Shown here: positions 9,374 to 18,096 of the stretch, piece by piece | Layout: every line of letters starts with the position of its first letter | Numbering within the stretch: position 1 is the first letter of the stretch | From: Acutalibacteraceae bacterium | GTDB lineage: Bacteria > Bacillota > Clostridia > Oscillospirales > Acutalibacteraceae | Length of the DNA: 52,311 nucleotides | NCBI GenBank assembly: GCA_045601465.1 | Contig: JAZRZU010000071.1 | Location: 1 to 52,311 of the forward strand | Direction of reading: 5' to 3' | Program-made: the position numbers and the translations under genes | The notes under the pieces: generated by a model | What the model was told of the DNA's origin: nothing | The model's input: only the letters and a program-made list of their open reading frames with translations | Databases searched by the model: none

Positions 9374-10524
9374 TCGTCATCCACCATAATATCAATGCTG
9401 GAACGTGCGCTGGCAGCCGTGTACTGTGCCGCTGCCTGAATCGGGATTTCAACAGGCGGAGCCGTCACAGCATCAGCCGTATCATCGGCTTTACCGCTTT
9501 GAATCGCCGCCAACACCGCTTGCTCGATCTCCTCGCTGATAGCCGGATTGGCAAGCAATAAATCTTTAATGTTGTCACGGCCTTGTCCCAGTCGCTCCTC
9601 CTTGTAAGAGAACCAAGACCCCGATTTTTGAATAATATCAAATTTAATGGCAAGATCCAAAAGCTCACCCATGCGAGAAATGCCTTTACCATAGATCACG
9701 TCAAACTCCGCCTCTTTAAACGGCGGCGCCACTTTGTTTTTCACCACACGCACACGGGTATGCGAGCCGATCGGCTCACCGCCCGCTTTCAGCGTTTCGG
9801 TACGGCGCACATCCAACCGAACCGAGGCATAGTATTTCAGCGCATTACCACCGGCGGTCACTTCGGGATTTCCGTACATCACGCCGACTTTCATACGCAA
9901 CTGGTTAATAAACACCGCCACACACCCGGCTTTACCCACAGCCGCCGCCAGTTTACGCATCGCCTGTGACATCAACCGAGCCTGTAACCCAACGTGGGAA
10001 TCGCCCATCTCGCCCTCGATCTCCTGACGAGGCACCAGTGCGGCAACCGAGTCGATAACCACCATATCGATCGCACCCGACCGAATCAGGGCTTCGGCGA
10101 TCTCCAATGCCTGTTCGCCGGTATCCGGCTGGGACACCAGCAAGGAATCCACGTCCACACCCAACGCTTTGGCATACACCGGATCCAGCGCATGTTCCAC
10201 GTCGATATAGGCCGCTTCGCCGCCTTGCTTTTGTGCTTGCGCCACCGCATGCAAAGCCAGCGTCGTTTTACCCGACGCTTCCGGTCCGTATATCTCAATA
10301 ATACGGCCACGAGGTAATCCGCCTACACCAAGCGCTACGTCCAGCGTCAAGGAACCGGTGGGGATAACCTCCACGTTCATGTTCGCATTCTCACCCAACC
10401 GCATGACCGCACCTCGGCCGTACGCTTTTTCAATCTGGGATAATGCCGCTTCTAACGCCTTTTGCTTGCTTGCCGTTGTGGAGGCAACCGGTTTGTCCGC
10501 CGCCTTCCGTTTAACCTCAGCCAT
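9370..10524 (-). CDS. recA: Recombinase RecA
   Basis: Walker [10 protein letters not shown] and the classic RecA core. ATG at 10524 follows GAGAGGAAAC. N- and C-terminal tails are longer than usual. Confidence 0.97.
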   Translation of the reverse strand: MAEVKRKAADKPVASTTASKQKALEAALSQIEKAYGRGAVMRLGENANMNVEVIPTGSLTLDVALGVGGLPRGRIIEIYGPEASGKTTLALHAVAQAQKQGGEAAYIDVEHALDPVYAKALGVDVDSLLVSQPDTGEQALEIAEALIRSGAIDMVVIDSVAALVPRQEIEGEMGDSHVGLQARLMSQAMRKLAAAVGKAGCVAVFINQLRMKVGVMYGNPEVTAGGNALKYYASVRLDVRRTETLKAGGEPIGSHTRVRVVKNKVAPPFKEAEFDVIYGKGISRMGELLDLAIKFDIIQKSGSWFSYKEERLGQGRDNIKDLLLANPAISEEIEQAVLAAIQSGKADDTADAVTAPPVEIPIQAAAQYTAASARSSIDIMVDDE

Positions 10525-10633
10525 ACTCGTTTCCTCTCTTTCAATATACCACATATATTCTATGTTACCTATTATACTGCATCATCCGACAAAATGTCAA
10601 GAGGAAAATCGAACAAATGTTTTATATTTTGCA

Positions 10634-11293
10634 TTATCCAATCAATTGCTCACGCAGCTGTTGTAAAATGACTCGTTCTCGCCTGGATACTTGTACCTGT
10701 GTCATGCCCAATGCCTCGGCGGTTGCCTGCTGTGTCTGGCGACGAAAATAGCGATACACAATAAGCGAACGGTCGTGAGGCGGTAGATTTTCCAGTAGCT
10801 GGCGCAAAGCCAGACGGTCGGTGATCAAGGATTCCGGCGATTCCACCGGAATATCAAACTCATCCCCCTCATCCTCCTCGCCGCTACGAGTAAGGGACAG
10901 CGGCGGCAAGGATGCACCCAAAGCCTCTGCCGCCTGTTCACGCTCGATACCCAACTTTTCGGCGAGTTCGATCACACTCGGTTCACGACCTTCTTGCAGA
11001 CAAAACGCGTCTCGCTGTTGCGAAACGCGCATCGCTAACTCCTTCAACGAACGACTGACCTTGACCGTTCCGCCGTCACGGAACAGCCGCCGTATTTCTC
11101 CCAAAATGACCGGCACCGCATAGGTGGAAAATTTCAGTCCTCGGCTTTCGTCAAAACCGTCCACCGCTTTAACCAACCCCATGCTTCCCGCCTGTACCAA
11201 ATCATCGTACTCGATCCCTCGCCCGATAAACCGACGGGCGCAAGCATGGACTAACCCCATGTTCCCGCAGATCTTTTCTTCTCGCTCTTTCAC
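10634..11293 (-). CDS. sigF: Sporulation sigma factor SigF
   Basis: Sigma-70 regions 2-4, and third gene of the spoIIAA-spoIIAB-sigF operon. ATGA overlap with spoIIAB. Confidence 0.85.
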   Translation of the reverse strand: MKEREEKICGNMGLVHACARRFIGRGIEYDDLVQAGSMGLVKAVDGFDESRGLKFSTYAVPVILGEIRRLFRDGGTVKVSRSLKELAMRVSQQRDAFCLQEGREPSVIELAEKLGIEREQAAEALGASLPPLSLTRSGEEDEGDEFDIPVESPESLITDRLALRQLLENLPPHDRSLIVYRYFRRQTQQATAEALGMTQVQVSRRERVILQQLREQLIG

Positions 11294-11742
11294 AACGGCT
11301 TCGCCATCCGTTCTTTCACCATTATGTATTTTTCCATCGTCACAACAGTACCCCGTCCCGGTTTGGAGGATACCCGCAATTTATCGGTAAAGCTTTCCAT
11401 CACCGAAAAGCCCAGTCCCGACCGATCATCCCCACCGGTGGTAAACAACGGCTCCATCGCCTGCTCAACGTCGGGGATACCGCACCCTTTATCTCGAATC
11501 TTTATCACGGTGCGCCCATCGGCATACAATTTCATCTGAATGGTAATTGTGCCGATCGTGTCGCCGTAGGCGTGCACGATACAGTTGGTCACCGCTTCGG
11601 ATACCGCCGTGCGCAGATCCGCCAGCTCATCCACCGCCGGATCTAATTGCGACAAAAAAGATGCCACCGCCGATCGTGCAAACCCCTCGTTTGCCGACCG
11701 ACTGGGAAAGGTAATTTTCATCTCGTTCATTGGTTTTCTCAT
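11290..11742 (-). CDS. spoIIAB: Anti-sigma F factor (serine kinase) SpoIIAB
   Basis: HATPase-type N and G boxes (EAVTNCIVHAY, DKGCGI, GLGFSV). Overlaps the spoIIAA stop. Confidence 0.9.
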   Translation of the reverse strand: MRKPMNEMKITFPSRSANEGFARSAVASFLSQLDPAVDELADLRTAVSEAVTNCIVHAYGDTIGTITIQMKLYADGRTVIKIRDKGCGIPDVEQAMEPLFTTGGDDRSGLGFSVMESFTDKLRVSSKPGRGTVVTMEKYIMVKERMAKPL

Positions 11743-12095
11743 CGTTTATATGCCCCCTGCTTTTTTTCGTTTCGTGCCGCTTCCTCCCAGACCGGTAACC
11801 GTTCCAAGCCGGCAAGCTTCATCACCCTTTTTAATCGTTCGGATACACCGACCACCAAAAGCCGTCCCCCCCGTGACAACATCAACCGATACCGCCCCAT
11901 GATCAGCCCGATACCCGAGCTGTCCATAAACCCAACACCGGAAAAATCCAACCGCACCGTTTTCACCGTTGAACGAGCGATGGCATTGTCGATCTGTTCA
12001 CGCATCAGCCGTGCCGCATGGTGGTCCAACTCCCCCGACAACCACACCGTCATCTCGGTCGCCGTTTCCTCGGTCCGTACTCCCATCTGCTTCAT
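11739..12095 (-). CDS. spoIIAA: Anti-sigma F factor antagonist SpoIIAA (STAS)
   Basis: STAS domain with the phosphorylatable Ser motif FMDSSGIGLI. Confidence 0.88.
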   Translation of the reverse strand: MKQMGVRTEETATEMTVWLSGELDHHAARLMREQIDNAIARSTVKTVRLDFSGVGFMDSSGIGLIMGRYRLMLSRGGRLLVVGVSERLKRVMKLAGLERLPVWEEAARNEKKQGAYKR

Positions 12096-12232
12096 CTCCT
12101 TTTTTCCTATTATAAGAGCTTGTCCGTAAAGATTTGCAAGAATTCCGCCGTCTTATCCTTGCTGTTTGTGTCGTTTTTCGCCTTGTATAATTTCCCACTC
12201 CACTCAAAATATGGAAAACTATAAAAATAAAA

Positions 12233-12284
12233 ACACAATATCTTGTGTTTTGTAGTTGACAACCCTTTGTCGGTATAGTATGAT
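12233..12284 (+). promoter_or_regulatory. NrdR box plus sigma-A promoter of nrdG
   Basis: ACACAATATCTTGTGT (12233-12248) matches the NrdR box palindrome. It is followed by TTGACA (12256-12261), a 17 nt spacer and TATGAT (12279-12284). Confidence 0.65.
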
Positions 12285-12305
12285 AGAGCGGTACGAATTC
12301 GGGAG

Positions 12306-13028
12306 GTGAACATTTTGGATATCGCAGGACTCCAAAAGATGACGTTGTTGGATTTCCCCGGCAAGGTGGCATGCACGGTGTTTTTGCCGGGCTGTAACTT
12401 CCGCTGTCCGTTTTGCCATAACAGCGGACTGCTGGACAGCACAGCACCTGACGCCATGACCACTACCGAACTCTTGTCGTTTTTACAAAAACGACAGGGC
12501 TTGTTAGACGGTGTTTGCTTAACCGGCGGCGAACCGACACTTCACCCGGGCTTGGAAGACTTGATACGGGACATCAAAGCGCTGGGATTTTCGGTGAAAT
12601 TAGACACCAACGGCACCCGTCCGCTTGTTCTGCAACGCCTTATATCCGAACAGCTGGTGGACTACGTTGCGATGGACGTCAAAAACAGCCCAACTTTGTA
12701 CAGCGACACCGTCGGACAAACCGACTGTGCATTGGACGACATCGAACAAAGCTTAAAACTGCTGTTATCAGATGTAGTAGACTATGAGCTTCGCACCACC
12801 GTCGTGGACGAACTGCATAACGAGCAAGCGTTTTGGGAGATTGGCGAATGGCTGACCCGTCTGTCCCCGCGGAAAAAAGCGACTCGCTTTTTTCTGCAAT
12901 CGTACGTCGACCGTGATAACGTGCTGTGCAGCGGCTTGCACGCTCCCTCTGTGGATGCATTGCAACGCTATGCTGCCCGTCTTGCCCCGTATGTGGAAAC
13001 GGTTTCTCTGCGTGGCGTTGACATATAA
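12306..13028 (+). CDS. nrdG: Anaerobic ribonucleoside-triphosphate reductase activating protein
   Basis: Radical-SAM cluster motif CNFRCPFCHN and the typical N-terminus GLQKMTLLDFPGKVA. Confidence 0.9.
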   Translation: MNILDIAGLQKMTLLDFPGKVACTVFLPGCNFRCPFCHNSGLLDSTAPDAMTTTELLSFLQKRQGLLDGVCLTGGEPTLHPGLEDLIRDIKALGFSVKLDTNGTRPLVLQRLISEQLVDYVAMDVKNSPTLYSDTVGQTDCALDDIEQSLKLLLSDVVDYELRTTVVDELHNEQAFWEIGEWLTRLSPRKKATRFFLQSYVDRDNVLCSGLHAPSVDALQRYAARLAPYVETVSLRGVDI

Positions 13029-13100
13029 ACACAATATCTTGTGCAATTCAAAAAATATTTGCCACAATATCTTGACTTTTCGCACAATATGTGGTATAGT
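13029..13100 (+). promoter_or_regulatory. Three NrdR boxes overlapping the nrdD sigma-A promoter
   Basis: Boxes are ACACAATATCTTGTGC (13029-13044), CCACAATATCTTGACT (13062-13077) and GCACAATATGTGGTAT (13082-13097). The promoter is TTGACT (13072-13077), 17 nt, then TATAGT (13095-13100). Confidence 0.7.
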
Positions 13101-13176
13101 GTGGACACTCGCCCTTTTGGGCACCTATCTTTTTTCTTGTGTTGTGTAATAACGAATATTATGAGGAGGTTTCGGT

Positions 13177-15567
13177 ATGTATCAAGTAGCAAAACGTGAC
13201 GGCGGTACCGTGGAATTTGACATTTCCAAAATCAGCGCCGCCATGACCAAAGCGTTCGACGCATTGGAGAAAAATTATCATCCCAGCGTAATCAATATGC
13301 TGGCTTTGCAGGTGACTTCCACCTTTGAGCCGAAAATCAAAGACGGCATCATTTCGGTGGAAGATATTCAAGACTGTGTGGAACAGGTATTGTCGGATGC
13401 GGGTTATGCCGACGTTGCCAAAGCATACATCTTGTATCGTAAACAGCGTGAAAAGATCCGCAACGTCAATTCTGCGTTGCTCAACTATAAAGATTTGGTA
13501 GACAACTACTTAAAAATTAACGACTGGCGTGTAAAGGAAAACTCCACCGTCACCTACTCGGTCGGCGGATTGATCTTGTCCAACTCAGGCGCTATTACCG
13601 CCAACTATTGGTTGAGTGAAATTTACGACGAAGAGATTGCGGAAGCGCATCGCAGCGCCGCAATCCATCTGCACGACCTGTCCATGCTCACCGGCTACTG
13701 CGCCGGATGGAGCTTAAAGCAGCTCATTCAAGAAGGCCTCGGCGGTGTACCGGGTAAGATCACTTCCTCCCCCGCCAGCCACCTGTCCACCTTGTGTAAT
13801 CAGATGGTCAACTTCCTGGGCATCATGCAAAACGAATGGGCGGGCGCACAGGCTTTCTCCTCCTTTGATACCTACCTTGCCCCGTTTGTTAAGGTGGACA
13901 ACCTCACCCAGAAGGAAGTCAAACAATGCATCCAATCCTTCGTGTACGGTGTCAACACCCCCTCTCGCTGGGGTACGCAAGCGCCGTTCTCCAACATCAC
14001 GTTGGACTGGACCGTACCGGCAGACCTCAAAGACCTGCCCGCTATCGTAGGCGGCAAAGAAATGGACTTCACCTACGGGGATTGCAAAAAAGAAATGGAT
14101 ATGGTGAACAAAGCGTTCATCGAGATCATGATCGAAGGCGATGCCAACGGCCGTGGTTTCCAATATCCCATCCCCACCTACTCCATCACCCGTGATTTTG
14201 ATTGGAGTGAAACCGAGAACAACAAGCTGTTATTTGAAATGACCGCCAAATACGGCACGCCGTATTTCTCCAACTACATCAACTCCGACATGGAGCCCTC
14301 CGACGTGCGCAGTATGTGCTGCCGTCTGCGTCTGGATCTGCGTGAACTGCGTAAAAAATCCGGCGGCTTCTTTGGTTCGGGCGAATCGACCGGTTCCATC
14401 GGTGTTGTCACCATCAACCTGCCCCGCATCGCTTACCTTGCGGAAAACGAAGCTGACTTCTACGCACGGTTGGATAAACTGATGGACATCTCGGCTCGCA
14501 GCTTGCATACCAAACGCACGGTTATTACCCAGCTCATGGAAAACGGCTTGTATCCGTATACCAAACGGTACCTCGGCACCTTTGCCAACCACTTCTCCAC
14601 CATCGGCTTGATCGGTATGAACGAAGTGGGCTTAAATGCCAAATGGTTGAAAGCCGATCTCACCGACGAGCGAGTACAAACCTTTGCAAAAGAAGTGCTT
14701 GACCACATGCGTGAAAGACTCAGTGACTACCAGGAAAAATACGGTGACCTGTATAACCTGGAAGCAACTCCGGCCGAGTCCACCACCTATCGTTTTGCCA
14801 AACATGACAAATCCCAATTCCCGGATATCATCACCGCAAACGAGAACGGCACGCCTTACTACACCAACTCCTCCCATCTGCCGGTAGGCTACACCGAGGA
14901 TATTTTCTCGGCATTGGAGATTCAGGACGAATTGCAGACCCGCTACACCTCCGGCACCGTATTCCATGCCTTCTTAGGCGAGAAACTGCCCGACTGGAAA
15001 GCGGCGGCAACGTTGGTTCGTAAAATTGCAGAAAACCACAAACTTCCGTACTACACCATGTCCCCGACCTATTCGGTCTGCCCCGATCACGGTTACTTGA
15101 CCGGCGAGCATTATAACTGCCCGCATTGCGGCGGCAAAGCAGAGGTGTACAGCCGTATCACCGGTTACTATCGCCCGGTTCAAAACTGGAACGACGGTAA
15201 AGCGCAGGAGTACAAGGACCGCAAAGTCTACAATATCGCCAACTCCACCCCTCGTAACCGTGTCGTAGCGGACACCGCTGTCCAAGCAGAAGTGGTTACT
15301 TGTAGCTGTACGGCGCAGATGCAACCCCGCCCGACCGAAACCAAAGCGATTTTGATCTCTCGTGTCACCTGCCCCAACTGTCGTGTAGCGGAAAGCTTGC
15401 TTGCCAAAGCCGGTGTGGCATACGAAAAACGCATCGCAGATGAAAATCTGGATTTGTGCCGCCAATACGGCATCAAGGGCGCGCCCACGCTGGTCATCAC
15501 CGACGGTGAACAGTTCCAAACCTATTACAGCGTACCGGAAATCAAAAAATATCTGGCAACCCTGTAA
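13177..15567 (+). CDS. nrdD: Anaerobic (class III) ribonucleoside-triphosphate reductase with a fused C-terminal glutaredoxin/NrdH-like domain
   Basis: N-terminal ATP-cone, a CCRL active-site region, a Zn ribbon (CPDHG...CPHCGG) and the glycyl-radical motif SRITGYYRPV (Gly near 15163). An extra ~112 aa tail ends in a thioredoxin-fold domain with CPNC (15343-15567). Confidence 0.93.
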   Translation: MYQVAKRDGGTVEFDISKISAAMTKAFDALEKNYHPSVINMLALQVTSTFEPKIKDGIISVEDIQDCVEQVLSDAGYADVAKAYILYRKQREKIRNVNSALLNYKDLVDNYLKINDWRVKENSTVTYSVGGLILSNSGAITANYWLSEIYDEEIAEAHRSAAIHLHDLSMLTGYCAGWSLKQLIQEGLGGVPGKITSSPASHLSTLCNQMVNFLGIMQNEWAGAQAFSSFDTYLAPFVKVDNLTQKEVKQCIQSFVYGVNTPSRWGTQAPFSNITLDWTVPADLKDLPAIVGGKEMDFTYGDCKKEMDMVNKAFIEIMIEGDANGRGFQYPIPTYSITRDFDWSETENNKLLFEMTAKYGTPYFSNYINSDMEPSDVRSMCCRLRLDLRELRKKSGGFFGSGESTGSIGVVTINLPRIAYLAENEADFYARLDKLMDISARSLHTKRTVITQLMENGLYPYTKRYLGTFANHFSTIGLIGMNEVGLNAKWLKADLTDERVQTFAKEVLDHMRERLSDYQEKYGDLYNLEATPAESTTYRFAKHDKSQFPDIITANENGTPYYTNSSHLPVGYTEDIFSALEIQDELQTRYTSGTVFHAFLGEKLPDWKAAATLVRKIAENHKLPYYTMSPTYSVCPDHGYLTGEHYNCPHCGGKAEVYSRITGYYRPVQNWNDGKAQEYKDRKVYNIANSTPRNRVVADTAVQAEVVTCSCTAQMQPRPTETKAILISRVTCPNCRVAESLLAKAGVAYEKRIADENLDLCRQYGIKGAPTLVITDGEQFQTYYSVPEIKKYLATL

Positions 15568-15583
15568 ATCGTTTTACAATCCA

Positions 15584-15612
15584 AAAGGGTCGGGCGGCGC
15601 CCGACCCTTTTT
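15584..15612 (+). terminator. Hairpin plus T-run after nrdD
   Basis: AAAGGGTCGGG / CCCGACCCTTT followed by TT. trxB follows 18 nt later, so some read-through is likely. Confidence 0.6.
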
Positions 15613-15629
15613 CACGGAGGAATGTCAAT

Positions 15630-16541
15630 ATGTATGATATACTCGTAATCGGCGGCGGTCCCGCTGGCCTGACCGCTGCCATCTATGCACTGCGTGCGGG
15701 AAAATCGGTTTTGATAATTGAAAAAGGCGGATTTGGCGGCCAGATCGCCTTTTCTCCCAAGGTGGAAAATATCCCCGGCTTTAAGCAGATCAGCGGTAGC
15801 GCGTTTGCGGAACAACTGGTAGACCAAGCACTATCGCTCGGTGCCGATGCCGAACTGGAAACCGTCATCTCGCTGGATAAAAAAGACAACGTTTTTGTCG
15901 CCACCACCGAGGAAGGCAACACCTTTGAGGGACGCTCTGTCATCCTGGCTGTCGGTGTCAAGCACCGCACGTTAGGCCTGCCGGGTGAACAAGAGTTAAT
16001 CGGTAACGGTATCTCGTTCTGTGCTGTGTGCGACGGCGCTTTTTATGCCGGACAGGATACCGCCATGATCGGCGGCGGCAACTCCGCTTTGCAAGAAGCC
16101 TTGCTGTTGTCAGAAGTCTGCCGTAAGGTAACGCTGGTGCAAAATCTCGCCACCTTTACCGGCGAAGCGAAGCTTGCCGAAGCCTTGCTTGCCAAGGATA
16201 ACGTGGAAGTGCTGTTTAATACGGTCGTCACCGCCTATCACACCAACAACGGTGCGCTTTGCGGCTTGCAGGTGCGCAATGAGCAAAGCGGTGAAACCGC
16301 TGACCTTACGATAGACGGCGCTTTTCTGGCAGTCGGTTTAGTGCCGGAAAACGAAGCGTTTTCGCATCTCGCATCGCTGGATACCCGTGGCTATTTTGCC
16401 GCTGACGAACGGTGTCTGGGTGATACCGAGGGGGTCTTTGTAGCGGGTGACTGCCGTCAAAAACACATCCGTCAGGTCGTGACCGCAGCCTCCGATGGCG
16501 CCATCGCCGCTATGTCCGCTTGCCGTTACCTGGACAAATAA
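15630..16541 (+). CDS. trxB: Thioredoxin-disulfide reductase family flavoprotein with an atypical pyridine-nucleotide site
   Basis: FAD motif VIGGGPAG, redox CAVCDG and GGGNSA are present. QNLATFT sits where HRRDGFR (HRRxxxR) is expected. Confidence 0.85.
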   Translation: MYDILVIGGGPAGLTAAIYALRAGKSVLIIEKGGFGGQIAFSPKVENIPGFKQISGSAFAEQLVDQALSLGADAELETVISLDKKDNVFVATTEEGNTFEGRSVILAVGVKHRTLGLPGEQELIGNGISFCAVCDGAFYAGQDTAMIGGGNSALQEALLLSEVCRKVTLVQNLATFTGEAKLAEALLAKDNVEVLFNTVVTAYHTNNGALCGLQVRNEQSGETADLTIDGAFLAVGLVPENEAFSHLASLDTRGYFAADERCLGDTEGVFVAGDCRQKHIRQVVTAASDGAIAAMSACRYLDK

Positions 16542-16553
16542 CTCCCCACATCA

Positions 16554-16590
16554 AAAAATCTGTGAGAGAATTGTCTCTCACAGATTTTTT
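16554..16590. terminator. Bidirectional terminator between trxB and spoIIR
   Basis: AAAAAATCTGTGAGAGA / TCTCTCACAGATTTTTT. Confidence 0.75.
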
Positions 16591-17191
16591 ATTTGACCGA
16601 AAACCATTCAACCAATTCCTGTACCCATTCCAACACCTTAAATCGTATCACAAAACGTGAACCATCCTCCACAACCGTACACGCCTCACCGGGCAGTACG
16701 TCTCGTAAGGAATTTTTATCCGTTGCCGCCGACACACACAGCGGTGGGTACATCACGCACCACCAATTTTTCCCCTTCGCCTCACCGAGCGAAAGACGGA
16801 CAGCATGATACCGCCCCGCCGGGAACGTACCGTTCTCATATATGCGGGTCGTAAAATACATTTCGGTCAATTCCGCTTTGACAGGATAGGAAAATCCCGC
16901 CTTTTGAACGCACTCCTGCGCCACCGCTGTCAAACGGGGAAGCGCCTCTTGTAACCGCTGCTCCGCCTCGGCACGGGAGGTAACACCATCCAACAACCCG
17001 GCGCCGGCGGCTGTCACGGCATCCCGTACCTGCATCTTAACCGCCTGGTCTGCCTCACTGTCCGAATTTGCCAAAATATGCATTCTCACCACCGATTCCC
17101 GTACGGTCGTGCAAGTACCGACAAATCCGCACACCCATAAGACCAGCCCTACCAATATGGCACCCGCCGCTGCTTTTACCCATTTCATCAT
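16589..17191 (-). CDS. spoIIR: Stage II sporulation protein R
   Basis: Contains VRMHILANSDSEADQ...NWWCVMYPPLC, which is characteristic of SpoIIR. ATG at 17191 follows AAAGGGAGGAC. Confidence 0.85.
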   Translation of the reverse strand: MMKWVKAAAGAILVGLVLWVCGFVGTCTTVRESVVRMHILANSDSEADQAVKMQVRDAVTAAGAGLLDGVTSRAEAEQRLQEALPRLTAVAQECVQKAGFSYPVKAELTEMYFTTRIYENGTFPAGRYHAVRLSLGEAKGKNWWCVMYPPLCVSAATDKNSLRDVLPGEACTVVEDGSRFVIRFKVLEWVQELVEWFSVK

Positions 17192-17247
17192 AAAAATCCG
17201 TCCTCCCTTTATGTTCTTGACATAAAGCATGGACGGATTTCTTTCAC

Positions 17248-18096
17248 TTATTCAACGATAACGCCACCGCACGGCCGACACACCCGAACCGTTTCCACCT
17301 GTAACTGCTCAGCGCATTGTTCAGCAGGCACCTTTTCGTAAAACAACCCAAATACCGCCGACCCGCTTCCACTCATACAGGCAGCGGCGGCGCCATGTTG
17401 CAATAGCTGTTCTTTGAGTGACAGACACGACGGAATTGCCAGCGCCGTTTCAAACACGTTGCCCACCGAACAGGCTAACGCTTCCCGGTTCCCGCTTTCA
17501 ATCGCCTTACAGCAAGCATCCGCCGAAGGGTGTGGTAGATTCTGTGCGGCATCCAACCGCCGATACGCCTCGGGGGTGGATACGCCGTCGGTCGGTTTTG
17601 CAATCACCACATACCCTTGTGTCCAAGGCGGCAACGACCGCAACTGTTCCCCGATACCGGTTGCCAGCACTGTTCCGCCTACCACACAAAACGGTACGTC
17701 CGCACCGATCTTGGCGCCGATCTCGCACAGCTCGGCAACGGATAACGGCTCGCCACGTAAGCGATTAAGCGCCACCAACACCCCTGCCGCATCCGCACTT
17801 CCACCCGCAAGCCCCGCTTGCATGGGAATCTGCTTATCAACCGTAATGTGATAAGCGTCCGTACACCCGATACGCTCATTAAACAGCACCGCCGCACGGT
17901 AAGCCGTATTGCGTTCATCCTGCGGCGCACTGCCACTACACAAAAACCGCATCTGCTCTGCGGATTCCACCGTAATGCGATCGTACCAATCCACCGCCTG
18001 AAACACTGTTTCAAGCAGATGATAGCCGTCGGCTCGCCGCCCTACAACGTCCAGCACCAAATTGATTTTGGCAGGCGCTTTGACCGTTATCTTCAC
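17248..18096 (-). CDS. ispE: 4-(cytidine 5'-diphospho)-2-C-methyl-D-erythritol kinase
   Basis: APAKINLVLDV N-terminus and GHMP motif GLAGGSADAAG. GTG start at 18096 forms a GTGA overlap with the upstream stop. The 336 aa ORF-track call is over-extended. Confidence 0.88.
   Translation of the reverse strand: MKITVKAPAKINLVLDVVGRRADGYHLLETVFQAVDWYDRITVESAEQMRFLCSGSAPQDERNTAYRAAVLFNERIGCTDAYHITVDKQIPMQAGLAGGSADAAGVLVALNRLRGEPLSVAELCEIGAKIGADVPFCVVGGTVLATGIGEQLRSLPPWTQGYVVIAKPTDGVSTPEAYRRLDAAQNLPHPSADACCKAIESGNREALACSVGNVFETALAIPSCLSLKEQLLQHGAAAACMSGSGSAVFGLFYEKVPAEQCAEQLQVETVRVCRPCGGVIVE

Noticed and set aside
12100-12180. A possible sigma-H promoter (AAGGATAA ... GGAATTC) and Spo0A box (AACGACA) upstream of spoIIAA.
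   Set aside because: The spacing between the AGGA and GAAT elements (about 10 nt) is too short for the sigma-H consensus, and the 0A box is imperfect. This is not supportable by eye.
17192-17247. A sigma-F promoter upstream of spoIIR.
   Set aside because: One is expected biologically, but I found no convincing GCATR-15-GGHRARHTX match in the 56 nt intergenic region.
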